From assembly GCA_964500125.1 (NCBI GenBank), contig CAZCMV010000001.1:54119-118118 (forward strand): a stretch of 64,000 nt of DNA, read 5' to 3'. The translations under genes were made by a program, and so were the position numbers. The DNA comes from an uncultured Bdellovibrionales bacterium. GTDB taxonomy: Bacteria > Patescibacteriota > Minisyncoccia > Moranbacterales > GWC2-37-73. Below the pieces are notes generated by a model that was not told where the DNA came from, ran no database searches, and saw only the letters and a list, made by a program, of their open reading frames with translations. This document shows positions 47,039-57,096 of this stretch, piece after piece (position 1 is the first letter of the stretch; the number at the start of each line of letters is the position of its first letter).

Positions 47039-49489
47039 TCAAGCGGCAATTTTATATGAGTTATCCATATTCAATAAGCCATCTTCATATTTTTTAGAAG
47101 CCATCATGGAAATACGCCCTATATAATGACCTAGACTTTCTTTCCCACCAAACTTTGGTTTCATTTCTTCTTTGCTTAAAATATTAAGGTATTTCATTGA
47201 TAATTTATTGATGTTAAACTTCAACTCCTGCTGACTAAAAATATCATTACATGGAATATTTTGAATGGATTGCCATTTTGCAAAATTACCATTGGTAATT
47301 TCCTTGGCCGAAGCTGTGGCAATCGTACGAAAATCACCATTTGTAATCTTCATCTCTCTTGCAAACTTCATAAATTCCATATTCCCAGTTTCAGGAAAAT
47401 AATAATCTGCATTTTCAATTCTTCCTTCAATATCATTACCTTGGTATTCATTATCAACTTTTTCAGGTTCAGCAGAATCAATAACATTCATATCCTTACC
47501 ACGGTCATCGATCAATTTCTCATTATTTTGATTTTGATAATCATCATCCTGAGAAACTTCATCTGAAATTTCTATCTTTGAGCTATTATCAACATCATGA
47601 AAATCATGTTCGTTACCATCAAAATTTAAATTTTCGATATGATAACCATCTGCACCACCTTCTGCAAGATCAAAATCGGCAAATTTAATGTGGTTCAATT
47701 TATCAAATGGTATACCGTGCTTATCTGCATATTCCAAAACCATACGATGTGCTACCGCTCCGGAATTATCCACACCTTTTTCTTTCAATGTTTCTATAAG
47801 AACATTTTCAATTCCCTTGCCACTTCCCGCTGTTACTTCCAAATGCATTCCTGCAACTTCAACAGTCGGCTCATCGACAATCTGCTTTGTGATTTCCCCT
47901 TGGCGTGCAAAGTCTTTGATATTATCATCAGCAACCATCGAATCTTGCGTTGGCACATGCTCAACAAATGGAGAAGGAATCGACTGCGGCTTAATGAAAG
48001 AATCAGTAACCGGAGTATTTAATTTAGATTCACTAGAATCAAAAACTTTTTGAAGGAGTTGCTTATTGGGAATTGCTGTCTTATCGCTAAAATAATCCAC
48101 AGCCGCGCACGTAGCAGATGCTCCAAATAATATACCACTAGTAAAAGCAACGACTTTATTTATTCCTGACCTTTTTATATATTTTCTATACCTGCCGTCT
48201 ATATCATCAACTTTGCCATAAAGAGCATCCTTTAATTTTTGAAAATCAGCAGAACCCTCTTTCTCCATCATACCAAGCGCAAACTTATTTTTATCATACC
48301 AATTGACCCCTCTATCCTTTTGCTGCATTAATTTATCCAAACTCATACCTCCCACAGAAACCATCATGAAAGCTCCCCACATCCTCTTAGCTGAAATTAG
48401 GGCTGTAGCTCCCGTAGCAAAAACTGTTCCAGCCATTCCGAGTTTTACATACCAAGGCAATTTATTGTAACCTTCTGCAAGTTTTGCCGATTTTGATTTT
48501 ATCCAATTCCAACCACGCTCAATTTTTCCATTACCTTTCCCTTCCTTCTCTGCAAGATAATTCATTTTTGATTCAGTGCGGGCATCATATAGATTCAAAA
48601 ATTCCTTATAATTAACCATGGTGTACAGTTCTGCTAAATCTTTGCTGAGTTCTGCACCTTTTTTGCCACTTTCCTCAAGTTTTTTAACTTCAGAATCAAT
48701 ATATTCTTTCAAAGTTTCTTCATATGCCTTGCGCATTTGCCCCACCTCCGGACTTTCTTTGTCACTTTTGAGCGCAAAAAATTTCTTCAGTGGCCCCCAT
48801 TCTTGCCTATTGCGAAATTCAATATCGGCAAATGCACTTCTCGCATTATTTAACTTTTCCAAAAGCGGATCTTTTTCTTCTTCTTTTATTTCTTCGTCCC
48901 CTCTTTCCGATAATCCTATTCTTTCCGTCCTGCTTTCATGATAATTATTCCATTCTATAATTGCCGCCAAAATAGGGCCATTTGCTTGATTTAGGAAGTA
49001 AATCATGTCTTGCTTTTCACTTCCAGTCAAACCTTCAAAAAACACTTCCACATCAAAATCTCCCCTTTTCAAGATATCTTTATCTTTATCAAGCAAACCA
49101 TTGTCTTCATGAGATCGATTTTTTATTTCCTCAATTTTTGCATTCACTAAATCATTAAAAGGATTCTCCCTCTTTTTTTCTTTTTCTTTAACAACAAGTT
49201 CTTCTTCCCTGCTTCTTATTACTTCCTCAATAGCTTCATTTGCGCCTAAGTCTGGCTTGGTGTAGATTGCATATTTTGCTTTCTCTTCTTTCAATATTTT
49301 CTCCTTCTCTCTCTTTTCTTCTTCATTTTTTACATAGTCCGACACTCCTAAATCAGGCTTTGTGAACAATGCATATTTTTCATTTTCCGCATGTATATTA
49401 TCAATTTCAACATCTAAACCATCCCCGTGCTTCTCCGAGGATTTGCGAAAAGCTTCTTCCAATATTTTTTGAGTATTTTTGCTTGTCAT
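47039..49489 (-). CDS. large hypothetical membrane protein (816 aa)
   Basis: Coiled-coil N-half, central TM helices (WYVKLGMAGTVFATGATALI..., VVAFTSGILFGASATCAAV), acidic C-half. Confidence 0.45.
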   Translation of the reverse strand: MTSKNTQKILEEAFRKSSEKHGDGLDVEIDNIHAENEKYALFTKPDLGVSDYVKNEEEKREKEKILKEEKAKYAIYTKPDLGANEAIEEVIRSREEELVVKEKEKKRENPFNDLVNAKIEEIKNRSHEDNGLLDKDKDILKRGDFDVEVFFEGLTGSEKQDMIYFLNQANGPILAAIIEWNNYHESRTERIGLSERGDEEIKEEEKDPLLEKLNNARSAFADIEFRNRQEWGPLKKFFALKSDKESPEVGQMRKAYEETLKEYIDSEVKKLEESGKKGAELSKDLAELYTMVNYKEFLNLYDARTESKMNYLAEKEGKGNGKIERGWNWIKSKSAKLAEGYNKLPWYVKLGMAGTVFATGATALISAKRMWGAFMMVSVGGMSLDKLMQQKDRGVNWYDKNKFALGMMEKEGSADFQKLKDALYGKVDDIDGRYRKYIKRSGINKVVAFTSGILFGASATCAAVDYFSDKTAIPNKQLLQKVFDSSESKLNTPVTDSFIKPQSIPSPFVEHVPTQDSMVADDNIKDFARQGEITKQIVDEPTVEVAGMHLEVTAGSGKGIENVLIETLKEKGVDNSGAVAHRMVLEYADKHGIPFDKLNHIKFADFDLAEGGADGYHIENLNFDGNEHDFHDVDNSSKIEISDEVSQDDDYQNQNNEKLIDDRGKDMNVIDSAEPEKVDNEYQGNDIEGRIENADYYFPETGNMEFMKFAREMKITNGDFRTIATASAKEITNGNFAKWQSIQNIPCNDIFSQQELKFNINKLSMKYLNILSKEEMKPKFGGKESLGHYIGRISMMASKKYEDGLLNMDNSYKIAA

Positions 49490-49498
49490 AAAATATAA

Positions 49499-50986
49499 CT
49501 AACCCTGATTAGGTTTTTTAATTTCGCTAAAAATTTTTTCAGCCATTTCCTTAATTAAATATTCAACAGCTTCTCCGTCTGCAGATTGAAGTCCAATCTT
49601 TTCTTTATTTCCACCAAGCCATTCTGAAATTCCTCTTTTTATAAAACCAGCTACGGATAAGTCTATTTCATCCGAAGAAAGATCTTCACCATTGTCAATA
49701 CAAATATTATACATGTCTTCACCTAAACCTCTCCCAAACTTCTCTATAGCCAATCTATACCTGACATCCAACTCTATTTTGTTTTCCCTCTTTTCATTCT
49801 TAATTTCTAAATATTCCTTCAGTTTTCCTTCGGGAATAAATTCCCCGTCCGTCATCTTATTTAATATTTCCTGTAATGTAACATGTAATTCTTCTTCGTC
49901 AGCATTGTTTTTTACCCACATGCGTTCCCTCACCCTCAACCCCTGTGAATATGTTTCCGCTATTGGCGTTACTGATGATGAAATTTTAAACTTCTTGTTT
50001 GCAGGATCCCAAGTTACCAAAGCATCCGCGCCAAATGCTCTAACAGCTTCAAAATCTCCTGGAATATTTTTCTTTCCATTTCCATTCCCTTTATCATTAC
50101 CATCTTTTTCCACATTTACAACTATCTGACCATATCTTTTTGATGGAACAAAAAACCCATCTTTTTGCATTTGCTCAAGTCTTTCACGTGACACTTCAAC
50201 AACTCTTTTTTGATTTTCACCCCTATCTTTTTTACCTGAAACAAATCCATATTTTCTCATTTCATCTTCAGTGAGTTCCCTTTTGGGATCAGGATTTTTA
50301 TCTTTGGAAAAAAAATTAAGCAAGCACGGTCCAGAAATATATCGATAAAGTCCGGCTATTGTTTTCCAGGAATTGTTGTAGTAATTTTCATTATCAGGAT
50401 ATTCACCACTATCCACACTAGTAACAAAATCAATCATGGCATCCAATTTTTTGTTTTTTTTAAACAGTCCCAAATCCGCAAGCATTCTATACGCGAAAGA
50501 AGCTGCGGAACTCCCGAAAGGGGATTCCTTTGCATGATGATCAATAAACGCTGTTTTATTCCAATCGACACCCTGAGTAGAAATTGTTCTTTCTGTAGAA
50601 ACACCATGTTTTCCTCCCGTATCCAGGTTTATTCTACCCTCTTCATAATCCCCAGGAGCTATATACTTTAAATCTTCATTTAATGCATCTTTATTTATCC
50701 CGGCTAACTTAAATAATTCCAAACAACATTTTCCATCAAGATCCGTATTACTATCAACATACAATTCATTTGTCTTTTCGTCTCTTTTGAGAAAACCATG
50801 CACAGCAAACTCTTTCCAAAGTTCTCTAGTCTTAGCCAGAAAAATCTTATTCCCCTCGATTAAGTCTGGCGCATTGAGTTCCTCAAAACTATTTACTCTG
50901 CCTAGAGTTATTTCTGCACCAGCTCTAGAAAATCTATACCTTTCTGCTTTTTCTGCATCATTATATTTTAACACTTTTTTTCCCAT
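49499..50986 (-). CDS. hypothetical protein (495 aa)
   Basis: First gene of the ATPase-containing minus-strand operon. Confidence 0.45.
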   Translation of the reverse strand: MGKKVLKYNDAEKAERYRFSRAGAEITLGRVNSFEELNAPDLIEGNKIFLAKTRELWKEFAVHGFLKRDEKTNELYVDSNTDLDGKCCLELFKLAGINKDALNEDLKYIAPGDYEEGRINLDTGGKHGVSTERTISTQGVDWNKTAFIDHHAKESPFGSSAASFAYRMLADLGLFKKNKKLDAMIDFVTSVDSGEYPDNENYYNNSWKTIAGLYRYISGPCLLNFFSKDKNPDPKRELTEDEMRKYGFVSGKKDRGENQKRVVEVSRERLEQMQKDGFFVPSKRYGQIVVNVEKDGNDKGNGNGKKNIPGDFEAVRAFGADALVTWDPANKKFKISSSVTPIAETYSQGLRVRERMWVKNNADEEELHVTLQEILNKMTDGEFIPEGKLKEYLEIKNEKRENKIELDVRYRLAIEKFGRGLGEDMYNICIDNGEDLSSDEIDLSVAGFIKRGISEWLGGNKEKIGLQSADGEAVEYLIKEMAEKIFSEIKKPNQG

Positions 50987-51286
50987 AGGCGCCGTACCAT
51001 AGAAGAAACCTTTTATTAAATTATATTTATTTTATTCACCATAAAAATTTCACTCACCAAACAACTCAAAACTTCGTTGATTTATATATTGGAATATCAT
51101 AAGCATGTTTGAATTGTTGTTTACAATTATACCATAAAAAAATTACCTTGCACAATTTTTACTTTTTACTTTGTGCATAACTCAAGTCTTGTGGAATTTC
51201 ACTACAAAATATGTTAAAATTATATTGTAAAGAATTCGTAGATTATGTAGATTATTATGATTCGTAATTAGTAGAACAAAACAAAA

Positions 51287-52906
51287 ATGAAAAAAATTCA
51301 AAAATACTCGCCTTGGATCATTGCAGCTATAATCTTCAGCGCCGCACTTTTTCTGAGAGCATACGATATCAACAACATTCCCGCCGGAATATATCCAGAC
51401 GAAGCAGTCAATGGAATCGATGCTCTTAAGGCCAACAATACCGGGGATTACAAACTTTTTTATGAAAACAACTACGGACGCGAGGGTTTGTTTATAAATC
51501 TGCAAGCCCTTACCATCAAAGCTTTTGGTAATACCATATTCGGGCTAAAATTTTGGTCGATTCTTTTTGGAGCACTTACCGCATTTGGCGTCTTTCTACT
51601 TACAAAGGAATTATTCAAAAGCTCCCGTGCTGGACTAATCGCTTCCTATTTCACCGCCTTTTCCTATTGGGCTATCAATTTTTCCCGCATTGGATTCCGC
51701 GCCAACATGGTTCCCTTAATCCTAACTTTCACTTTTTACTTTATTTTCCGAGGATTGCGCACAAAAAAATATAGCGACTTCATATTGTCAGGTCTAATTT
51801 TCGGCTTAGGCGTGCATACCTACATTGCTTTTCGCGTTTCACCTTTAGTAATGGTTGTGCTTTTAATTGGTTTAGTTTTATCCCATGAGAACTTTCTCAA
51901 AAATTATTGGCGTCACATCTTGGTTTTCATTATAGCTATGCTAATTACCTCCGCACCAATGCTCATGGATTTCTTCTATTTCCATCCGGAGCATTATGCT
52001 TCACGAACCGGAGGTATTTCTGTGTTGAATTCAGATGTGAATAAAGGCGATCTTTTGGGCACCCTAGTAAAAACATTTGGGCTTTCCTTAGCTAAATATA
52101 ATTTTTGGGGAGATCAAAATTGGCGTCATAACTACCCACCATATCCAATTCTAAATCCACTAATTAGCATCTCCTTCTTAATCGGACTTTTTTATATTAT
52201 TGCAAAAATTGTCCGTCTCTCTTGGTTTAGATTGGTTGAAAAGATTCGCAACGAAAAACTTGCTATCTACATCTTCTTATTGACTTGGTTAATTATTTTA
52301 CTTATTCCTGAGTTTCTTGCATATGAAGGCAACCCCCATGCCTTGCGTGCCATTGGCACAATTCCTGTAGTATTCATTATTGCCACCATCCCCGTACTTT
52401 GGGTTATGGCAAGAATCAGGAATTATGGCATAGGATTCAGGTCATTTGCTATCACTATTTTGCTTGGATCTTTTATTTTTATTGGATTGTTCGACCCTAT
52501 CAAATATTTTGTCTATTTTGGCAATAATCCAAATCAATATGCGGCGTTTGAATCAAGATTTACCTATATGGCAAAATATCTAATGACTTTACCACAAGAG
52601 ACAAAAAAATATATCATTGCTAATGCAGGTGGCAAAGAGATGAATGACAGCCTCCCTGTAACCGCCGAGCCAATAAAATATCTAACTGCAGGAAAAGTAC
52701 AGAATATCTCATTTTTAGTATGTGAAAACAATCCTGATAGCGACTTGTTGCCTGAGCTAGAAACTCCTTCAGAATTGATAATGATGCAATATAATCAAAA
52801 AATAATAGACCAAATAAACCAAAATTATCCCAATTCAAGTTTTGAAAAAATAGACTTCATACCAGGAAAACAGTCTGATTTCTTTGTAGCACACATAAAC
52901 AAATAA
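51287..52906 (+). CDS. GT39/GT83-family (ArnT/PMT-like) membrane glycosyltransferase
   Basis: YPDEAVNGIDA (DE motif in first periplasmic loop), >10 TM helices. Confidence 0.65.
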   Translation: MKKIQKYSPWIIAAIIFSAALFLRAYDINNIPAGIYPDEAVNGIDALKANNTGDYKLFYENNYGREGLFINLQALTIKAFGNTIFGLKFWSILFGALTAFGVFLLTKELFKSSRAGLIASYFTAFSYWAINFSRIGFRANMVPLILTFTFYFIFRGLRTKKYSDFILSGLIFGLGVHTYIAFRVSPLVMVVLLIGLVLSHENFLKNYWRHILVFIIAMLITSAPMLMDFFYFHPEHYASRTGGISVLNSDVNKGDLLGTLVKTFGLSLAKYNFWGDQNWRHNYPPYPILNPLISISFLIGLFYIIAKIVRLSWFRLVEKIRNEKLAIYIFLLTWLIILLIPEFLAYEGNPHALRAIGTIPVVFIIATIPVLWVMARIRNYGIGFRSFAITILLGSFIFIGLFDPIKYFVYFGNNPNQYAAFESRFTYMAKYLMTLPQETKKYIIANAGGKEMNDSLPVTAEPIKYLTAGKVQNISFLVCENNPDSDLLPELETPSELIMMQYNQKIIDQINQNYPNSSFEKIDFIPGKQSDFFVAHINK

Positions 52907-53020
52907 ATATCATCGTAAATTTACCATATTTAATTAATATTATCTCATTTAATAAATTAATTTTTGTAGACCAAAATTCAATTTGTTTTTAATTAAAAAA
53001 TAAAAAATAACATTAAAAAA

Positions 53021-54850
53021 ATGACAGGAATCAAAAAAATTGCGCCGTATATTGTCGGCATCATTCTAACAGCATTCGTAGCTGTATCTCTGGTAGTTTC
53101 ATCACAGGAATCAACCACTATGGATGAGCAAGCCCATATCCCTTCTGGTTATTCTTATGTAAAATACCATGACATGCGCTTAAATCCAGAACACCCTCCT
53201 CTACTAAAGGATTTGGCAGGTATACCCCTTCAATTCCTCAACGTCAATTTTCCTGTTGATGATCCCCAATGGACGAATGGAGTCAATGCGCAATGGTATA
53301 TGGGCAACACTTTTTTGCATACCAACGACGCTGATGCAATAACTTTTTGGTCACGTTTTCCAATTATACTAGTCGGCGTATTGCTTGGTTTTTTCGTTTA
53401 TCGTTGGACTCGTGAATTGGCAGGTACAGCCGCAGGACTTATTGCTTTGATTTTATATGCCTTTAATCCAAATATCCTTGGTCACAGCCACTATGTTACC
53501 ACAGACATTGGAATAGCAGCGTTTATTTTCATTTCTTTCTATTACTTCGTCCATTTTATCAAAAGGCCTTCTTGGAAAAACACTGTTCTTGCAGGAATCT
53601 TTTTGGGAATCGCCCAACTAACAAAGTTTTCAGCAGTTATGCTTTTCCCTATGTTTGGTTTAATAATTACCATCTACGCATTTGCCCAGAAGAAACCAGA
53701 CAATGATCCCACCCCTCAATGGAAATACTCTCTGAAAAAATTTTTGGAATATGTCTTGAAATATGCCATAGCCATAATCATCTGCTTTATCCTCATTTGG
53801 GTGTTATATGTGTACAACACCATATCAATGCCGCCGGAAAAACTGCATGATATTTCCAATTATGTTTTCAGCGACAAAGGCGCCGGCAAATATGCAAAAG
53901 CTTTTGTTATCTATACCAGCAATATTCCAGTCCTCAAACCCCTGAGCGAATATTTTTTGGGCGTATTTATGGTTTTCATCCGGGTAACAGGCGGAAACAC
54001 TTTCTATTTCCTTGGCGAAGTTTCCAATCATGCCTCAAAAGCATATTTTCCTGTTGTTTATCTGATCAAAGAAACTTTGCCAATGCTTTTGCTGCTACTC
54101 TCAGCATCAATCATCACAATCTGCCAATTCATAAAGCATATATCTGCAATGCAAGGCAATATATTGAAAAGAGTTTGGGCAGTAACACTTAATTATCTCC
54201 GAACAGGCGTTGCACAATATTCCATGATTGGATTCGTCTTACTATATGCATATGTCAGCATCACCGGCAATCTCAATATTGGCTTTAGGCATTTATTTCC
54301 AATATTGCCATTTATATATATCCTTACGGCCAAAAAAATATTCGAGTTCTTGCGTAATGTTTCCTCTCCAACCAAAAAAGTTGCCTATGCAGCATTTGGC
54401 ATTATTATGATTTGGGTAATCCTGGAACCGATAATTTTCTTCCCTAGTTACATGTCCTATTTCAATGAATTGGTAGGCGGGCCATCAAACGGCTACAAAT
54501 ATGTAACCGATTCCAATGCTGATTGGGGCCAAGACCTCAAACGCCTCCGCAATTGGGTAGCTCAATATGATAGCGAACATCCGAATGCTCCGATCGATAG
54601 AATTAGGGTCGACTATTTTGGAGGCTCCAATCCTCAATATTATTTTGGCGACCGTTATATTTCTTGGCACGCCGATCTTGCTCCAGAAGCCGGTTGGTAT
54701 GCTATTTCCGCAGGCTTCTTGCAAGAAAGCACTCACAAACAAAAGAATCCGGGCGACATGAGCTATAACTGGATCCTCAATTATACTCCTGTAACCAAGG
54801 TGGGTGATTCCATATTTGTCTACTACATTCCCGAAACACCACAATTGTAG
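53021..54850 (+). CDS. GT39/GT83-family (ArnT/PMT-like) membrane glycosyltransferase, paralogue
   Basis: MDEQAHIPSGYSY DE-motif loop, polytopic, C-terminal periplasmic domain. Confidence 0.65.
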   Translation: MTGIKKIAPYIVGIILTAFVAVSLVVSSQESTTMDEQAHIPSGYSYVKYHDMRLNPEHPPLLKDLAGIPLQFLNVNFPVDDPQWTNGVNAQWYMGNTFLHTNDADAITFWSRFPIILVGVLLGFFVYRWTRELAGTAAGLIALILYAFNPNILGHSHYVTTDIGIAAFIFISFYYFVHFIKRPSWKNTVLAGIFLGIAQLTKFSAVMLFPMFGLIITIYAFAQKKPDNDPTPQWKYSLKKFLEYVLKYAIAIIICFILIWVLYVYNTISMPPEKLHDISNYVFSDKGAGKYAKAFVIYTSNIPVLKPLSEYFLGVFMVFIRVTGGNTFYFLGEVSNHASKAYFPVVYLIKETLPMLLLLLSASIITICQFIKHISAMQGNILKRVWAVTLNYLRTGVAQYSMIGFVLLYAYVSITGNLNIGFRHLFPILPFIYILTAKKIFEFLRNVSSPTKKVAYAAFGIIMIWVILEPIIFFPSYMSYFNELVGGPSNGYKYVTDSNADWGQDLKRLRNWVAQYDSEHPNAPIDRIRVDYFGGSNPQYYFGDRYISWHADLAPEAGWYAISAGFLQESTHKQKNPGDMSYNWILNYTPVTKVGDSIFVYYIPETPQL

Positions 54851-55035
54851 CTTATAAAAAAATAAAAAAACCAAGTGTTAGAAAGCTTGGTTTTTTATTC
54901 GTACATATTTACACTAAATTAACTGATTCCATAGCATCATCTTGAATTTATTTTAGGGTATACCGTGAAATTTATTCAAGAATCTAAAAACGGACAAAAC
55001 ATGGGTTATAGAAACCATCTCCATAGCAATTCGTA

Positions 55036-56010
55036 TTATCTTTTTTTCTTTTTCTTCTTGCTACTAGCATCATTGTCTTCATTTTTATCTTTTGAAGTTT
55101 CTTCTCCTGCAACCATAGATTCACCATTCTCCCCATCTTGAGGCTGCTCTCCCTTTAATTTGTAAAAAACGCGATTTTCAAAACGAAGATCCAAATATTC
55201 CAAATTAGCTTTTTCATTATCATCAATTTCTTTTTTCATAAAAAGTACCAGCGTTTTCATTGTTGTTTCAAGTGGCAAATTCATAGATAAAGAAATATCA
55301 ACTCCATCTGTTGTTTTACAAGAAACCTCTTCGGCTAAAGCTGAAGGAGCGTGACATTCTCCGGACATAGCAAAATTATGTTCACTGGAAAGTCTTTGAT
55401 TAGCGCCAATAATGAAATCTATATATTCAACTTTCAGAACTTGTTCGCCCAAGCTAACCGGTTTAGCTCCTGTGTTTATTACTACTATCAAATTATTTTG
55501 TTTGATTTCAGGAGATTCAAAATCCGCTCCCGTATACGCAAAACCGTTTTCATCAATAATATAGCACGGTCCGCCACTACACCAAACCAAAAGCGAATCT
55601 CTTTCCTCTATTTTTATGCGCACTTTGTTGGGAAAAATTCGTTCAACATCAACACTGCTTATTTTTCGAAAATTTTGTTTCAATAATCTCTCTATTTTAT
55701 GTTCAGGAAATAATAGGAGATTGTTTTTAGGCAAAAAACCCAGCATCTTTCCTTCATACAAACTTTCGGCAAATAAAATAATTTCGCTTTTAGCAAGAGA
55801 TTTTTCTCCCTCCAGGGAAACAGCATTTACTTGCATGTAGGGAGAAATGATCAATATCCAAAAGCAAGATGTGATAAAAAGCGCAGCCATAACAAAAAAA
55901 AGTATCCGCGACCAAAAAGAGGCTGAGGCCTTTTCTTTTTTACCTTCAAATTGCACAACCTGACAACCTTCAGGTACCCTCCTTTTTTGTTTTTTCTTTC
56001 TTCCAAACAT
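55036..56010 (-). CDS. FtsQ/DivIB-like cell-division protein (POTRA)
   Basis: Basic N-tail, single TM, POTRA-like VSLEGEKSLAKSEII...VRIKIEER; acidic low-complexity C-tail. Confidence 0.45.
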   Translation of the reverse strand: MFGRKKKQKRRVPEGCQVVQFEGKKEKASASFWSRILFFVMAALFITSCFWILIISPYMQVNAVSLEGEKSLAKSEIILFAESLYEGKMLGFLPKNNLLLFPEHKIERLLKQNFRKISSVDVERIFPNKVRIKIEERDSLLVWCSGGPCYIIDENGFAYTGADFESPEIKQNNLIVVINTGAKPVSLGEQVLKVEYIDFIIGANQRLSSEHNFAMSGECHAPSALAEEVSCKTTDGVDISLSMNLPLETTMKTLVLFMKKEIDDNEKANLEYLDLRFENRVFYKLKGEQPQDGENGESMVAGEETSKDKNEDNDASSKKKKKKR

Positions 56011-56110
56011 TTTTATTTAAGACTCTAATATACTAATTTCGCCAGCTGGCGAACGATCTAATGACTCAAATGGAATATTTATTAGAGTCATTAGGGTGCA
56101 AATTCGCTTA

Positions 56111-56980
56111 TTAGAGTCGCAGCAACATACTTTCCAGCGCCAATCGCGCACTAGCATTGGTCTTTTCCAAAGCTTCAATGCAATTTGACAATACTTGCGA
56201 TTTTTCATCAAGTGAAGCTAAATACAGCCTGTCAGCCGAATTGCTAATTTCTCTCTCAATCAACCAAAGCCAGAGTTGCAAAACCAAAATCGCACCAGCC
56301 ACGTCTTTGGATATTTTTTCCGCAAAAAAAAGTCTTTCGCTCATATTTACACCATCTAATTTCCTGAAAAACATCTCACCATCTTTTAATCTTTCCAACA
56401 AATCAGCACTCCCTTCAAGTAATTTTACCATTCCCGGCCTGCCCATGGCCAGCTCAACCATTTCATTGTCTATATTATTCTCAACCAAAGAAAAATTGAT
56501 TTTTTGCATGCGCGAATGCAAAGTTGACAAAATCCTCCCTGGCTGATGCGTTACCAAGATCAAAACAGATGTAGAATTTGGCTCTTCCAGGGTCTTGAGC
56601 AGAGCGTTTTGCGCGCCAATTGTGAGACGATGTGCATCATCAATAATCAATACTTTTTTCTTGCCACCATAGGGATATTGCGCCAACAGTTCTTGAACTT
56701 CTCTTATTTTTTCAACTGAGATATCTTTGATTTTTATAATGCCTTTCTTTTCTTCCCTTTCCGGCTCAATCAAAATAAAATCCATTGCATACGCCTTGTC
56801 ATTTTCCAAAGCTAGCTCCAATTTATCCATCCCGATTATCAGAGCACGCGCAAAAACCTCAGCCAAAGTTTTCTTGCCCACATGTTCCGGACCGGAAAAA
56901 AGATAAGCCTGTGCGACATTTCCGGTCTGCAGACTCCGACTAAGCGATTCAACTATTTTGTTGTTACCAATAAATTTCAT
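56111..56980 (-). CDS. holB: DNA polymerase III delta-prime subunit
   Basis: AYLFSGPEHVGKKTLAEVFARAL (degenerate Walker A of delta'), LIIDDAHRL, LKTLEEP. Confidence 0.75.
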   Translation of the reverse strand: MKFIGNNKIVESLSRSLQTGNVAQAYLFSGPEHVGKKTLAEVFARALIIGMDKLELALENDKAYAMDFILIEPEREEKKGIIKIKDISVEKIREVQELLAQYPYGGKKKVLIIDDAHRLTIGAQNALLKTLEEPNSTSVLILVTHQPGRILSTLHSRMQKINFSLVENNIDNEMVELAMGRPGMVKLLEGSADLLERLKDGEMFFRKLDGVNMSERLFFAEKISKDVAGAILVLQLWLWLIEREISNSADRLYLASLDEKSQVLSNCIEALEKTNASARLALESMLLRL

Positions 56981-57096
56981 GCAAAAAATCTAAAATCTAA
57001 AATCCTAATAACAAATAAATTTTAAAGTCTCAATGATAAAAAATTTGAATTTTGGATTTTAGATTTTATTGGAAATTTGATATTTAGATTTAAGAT

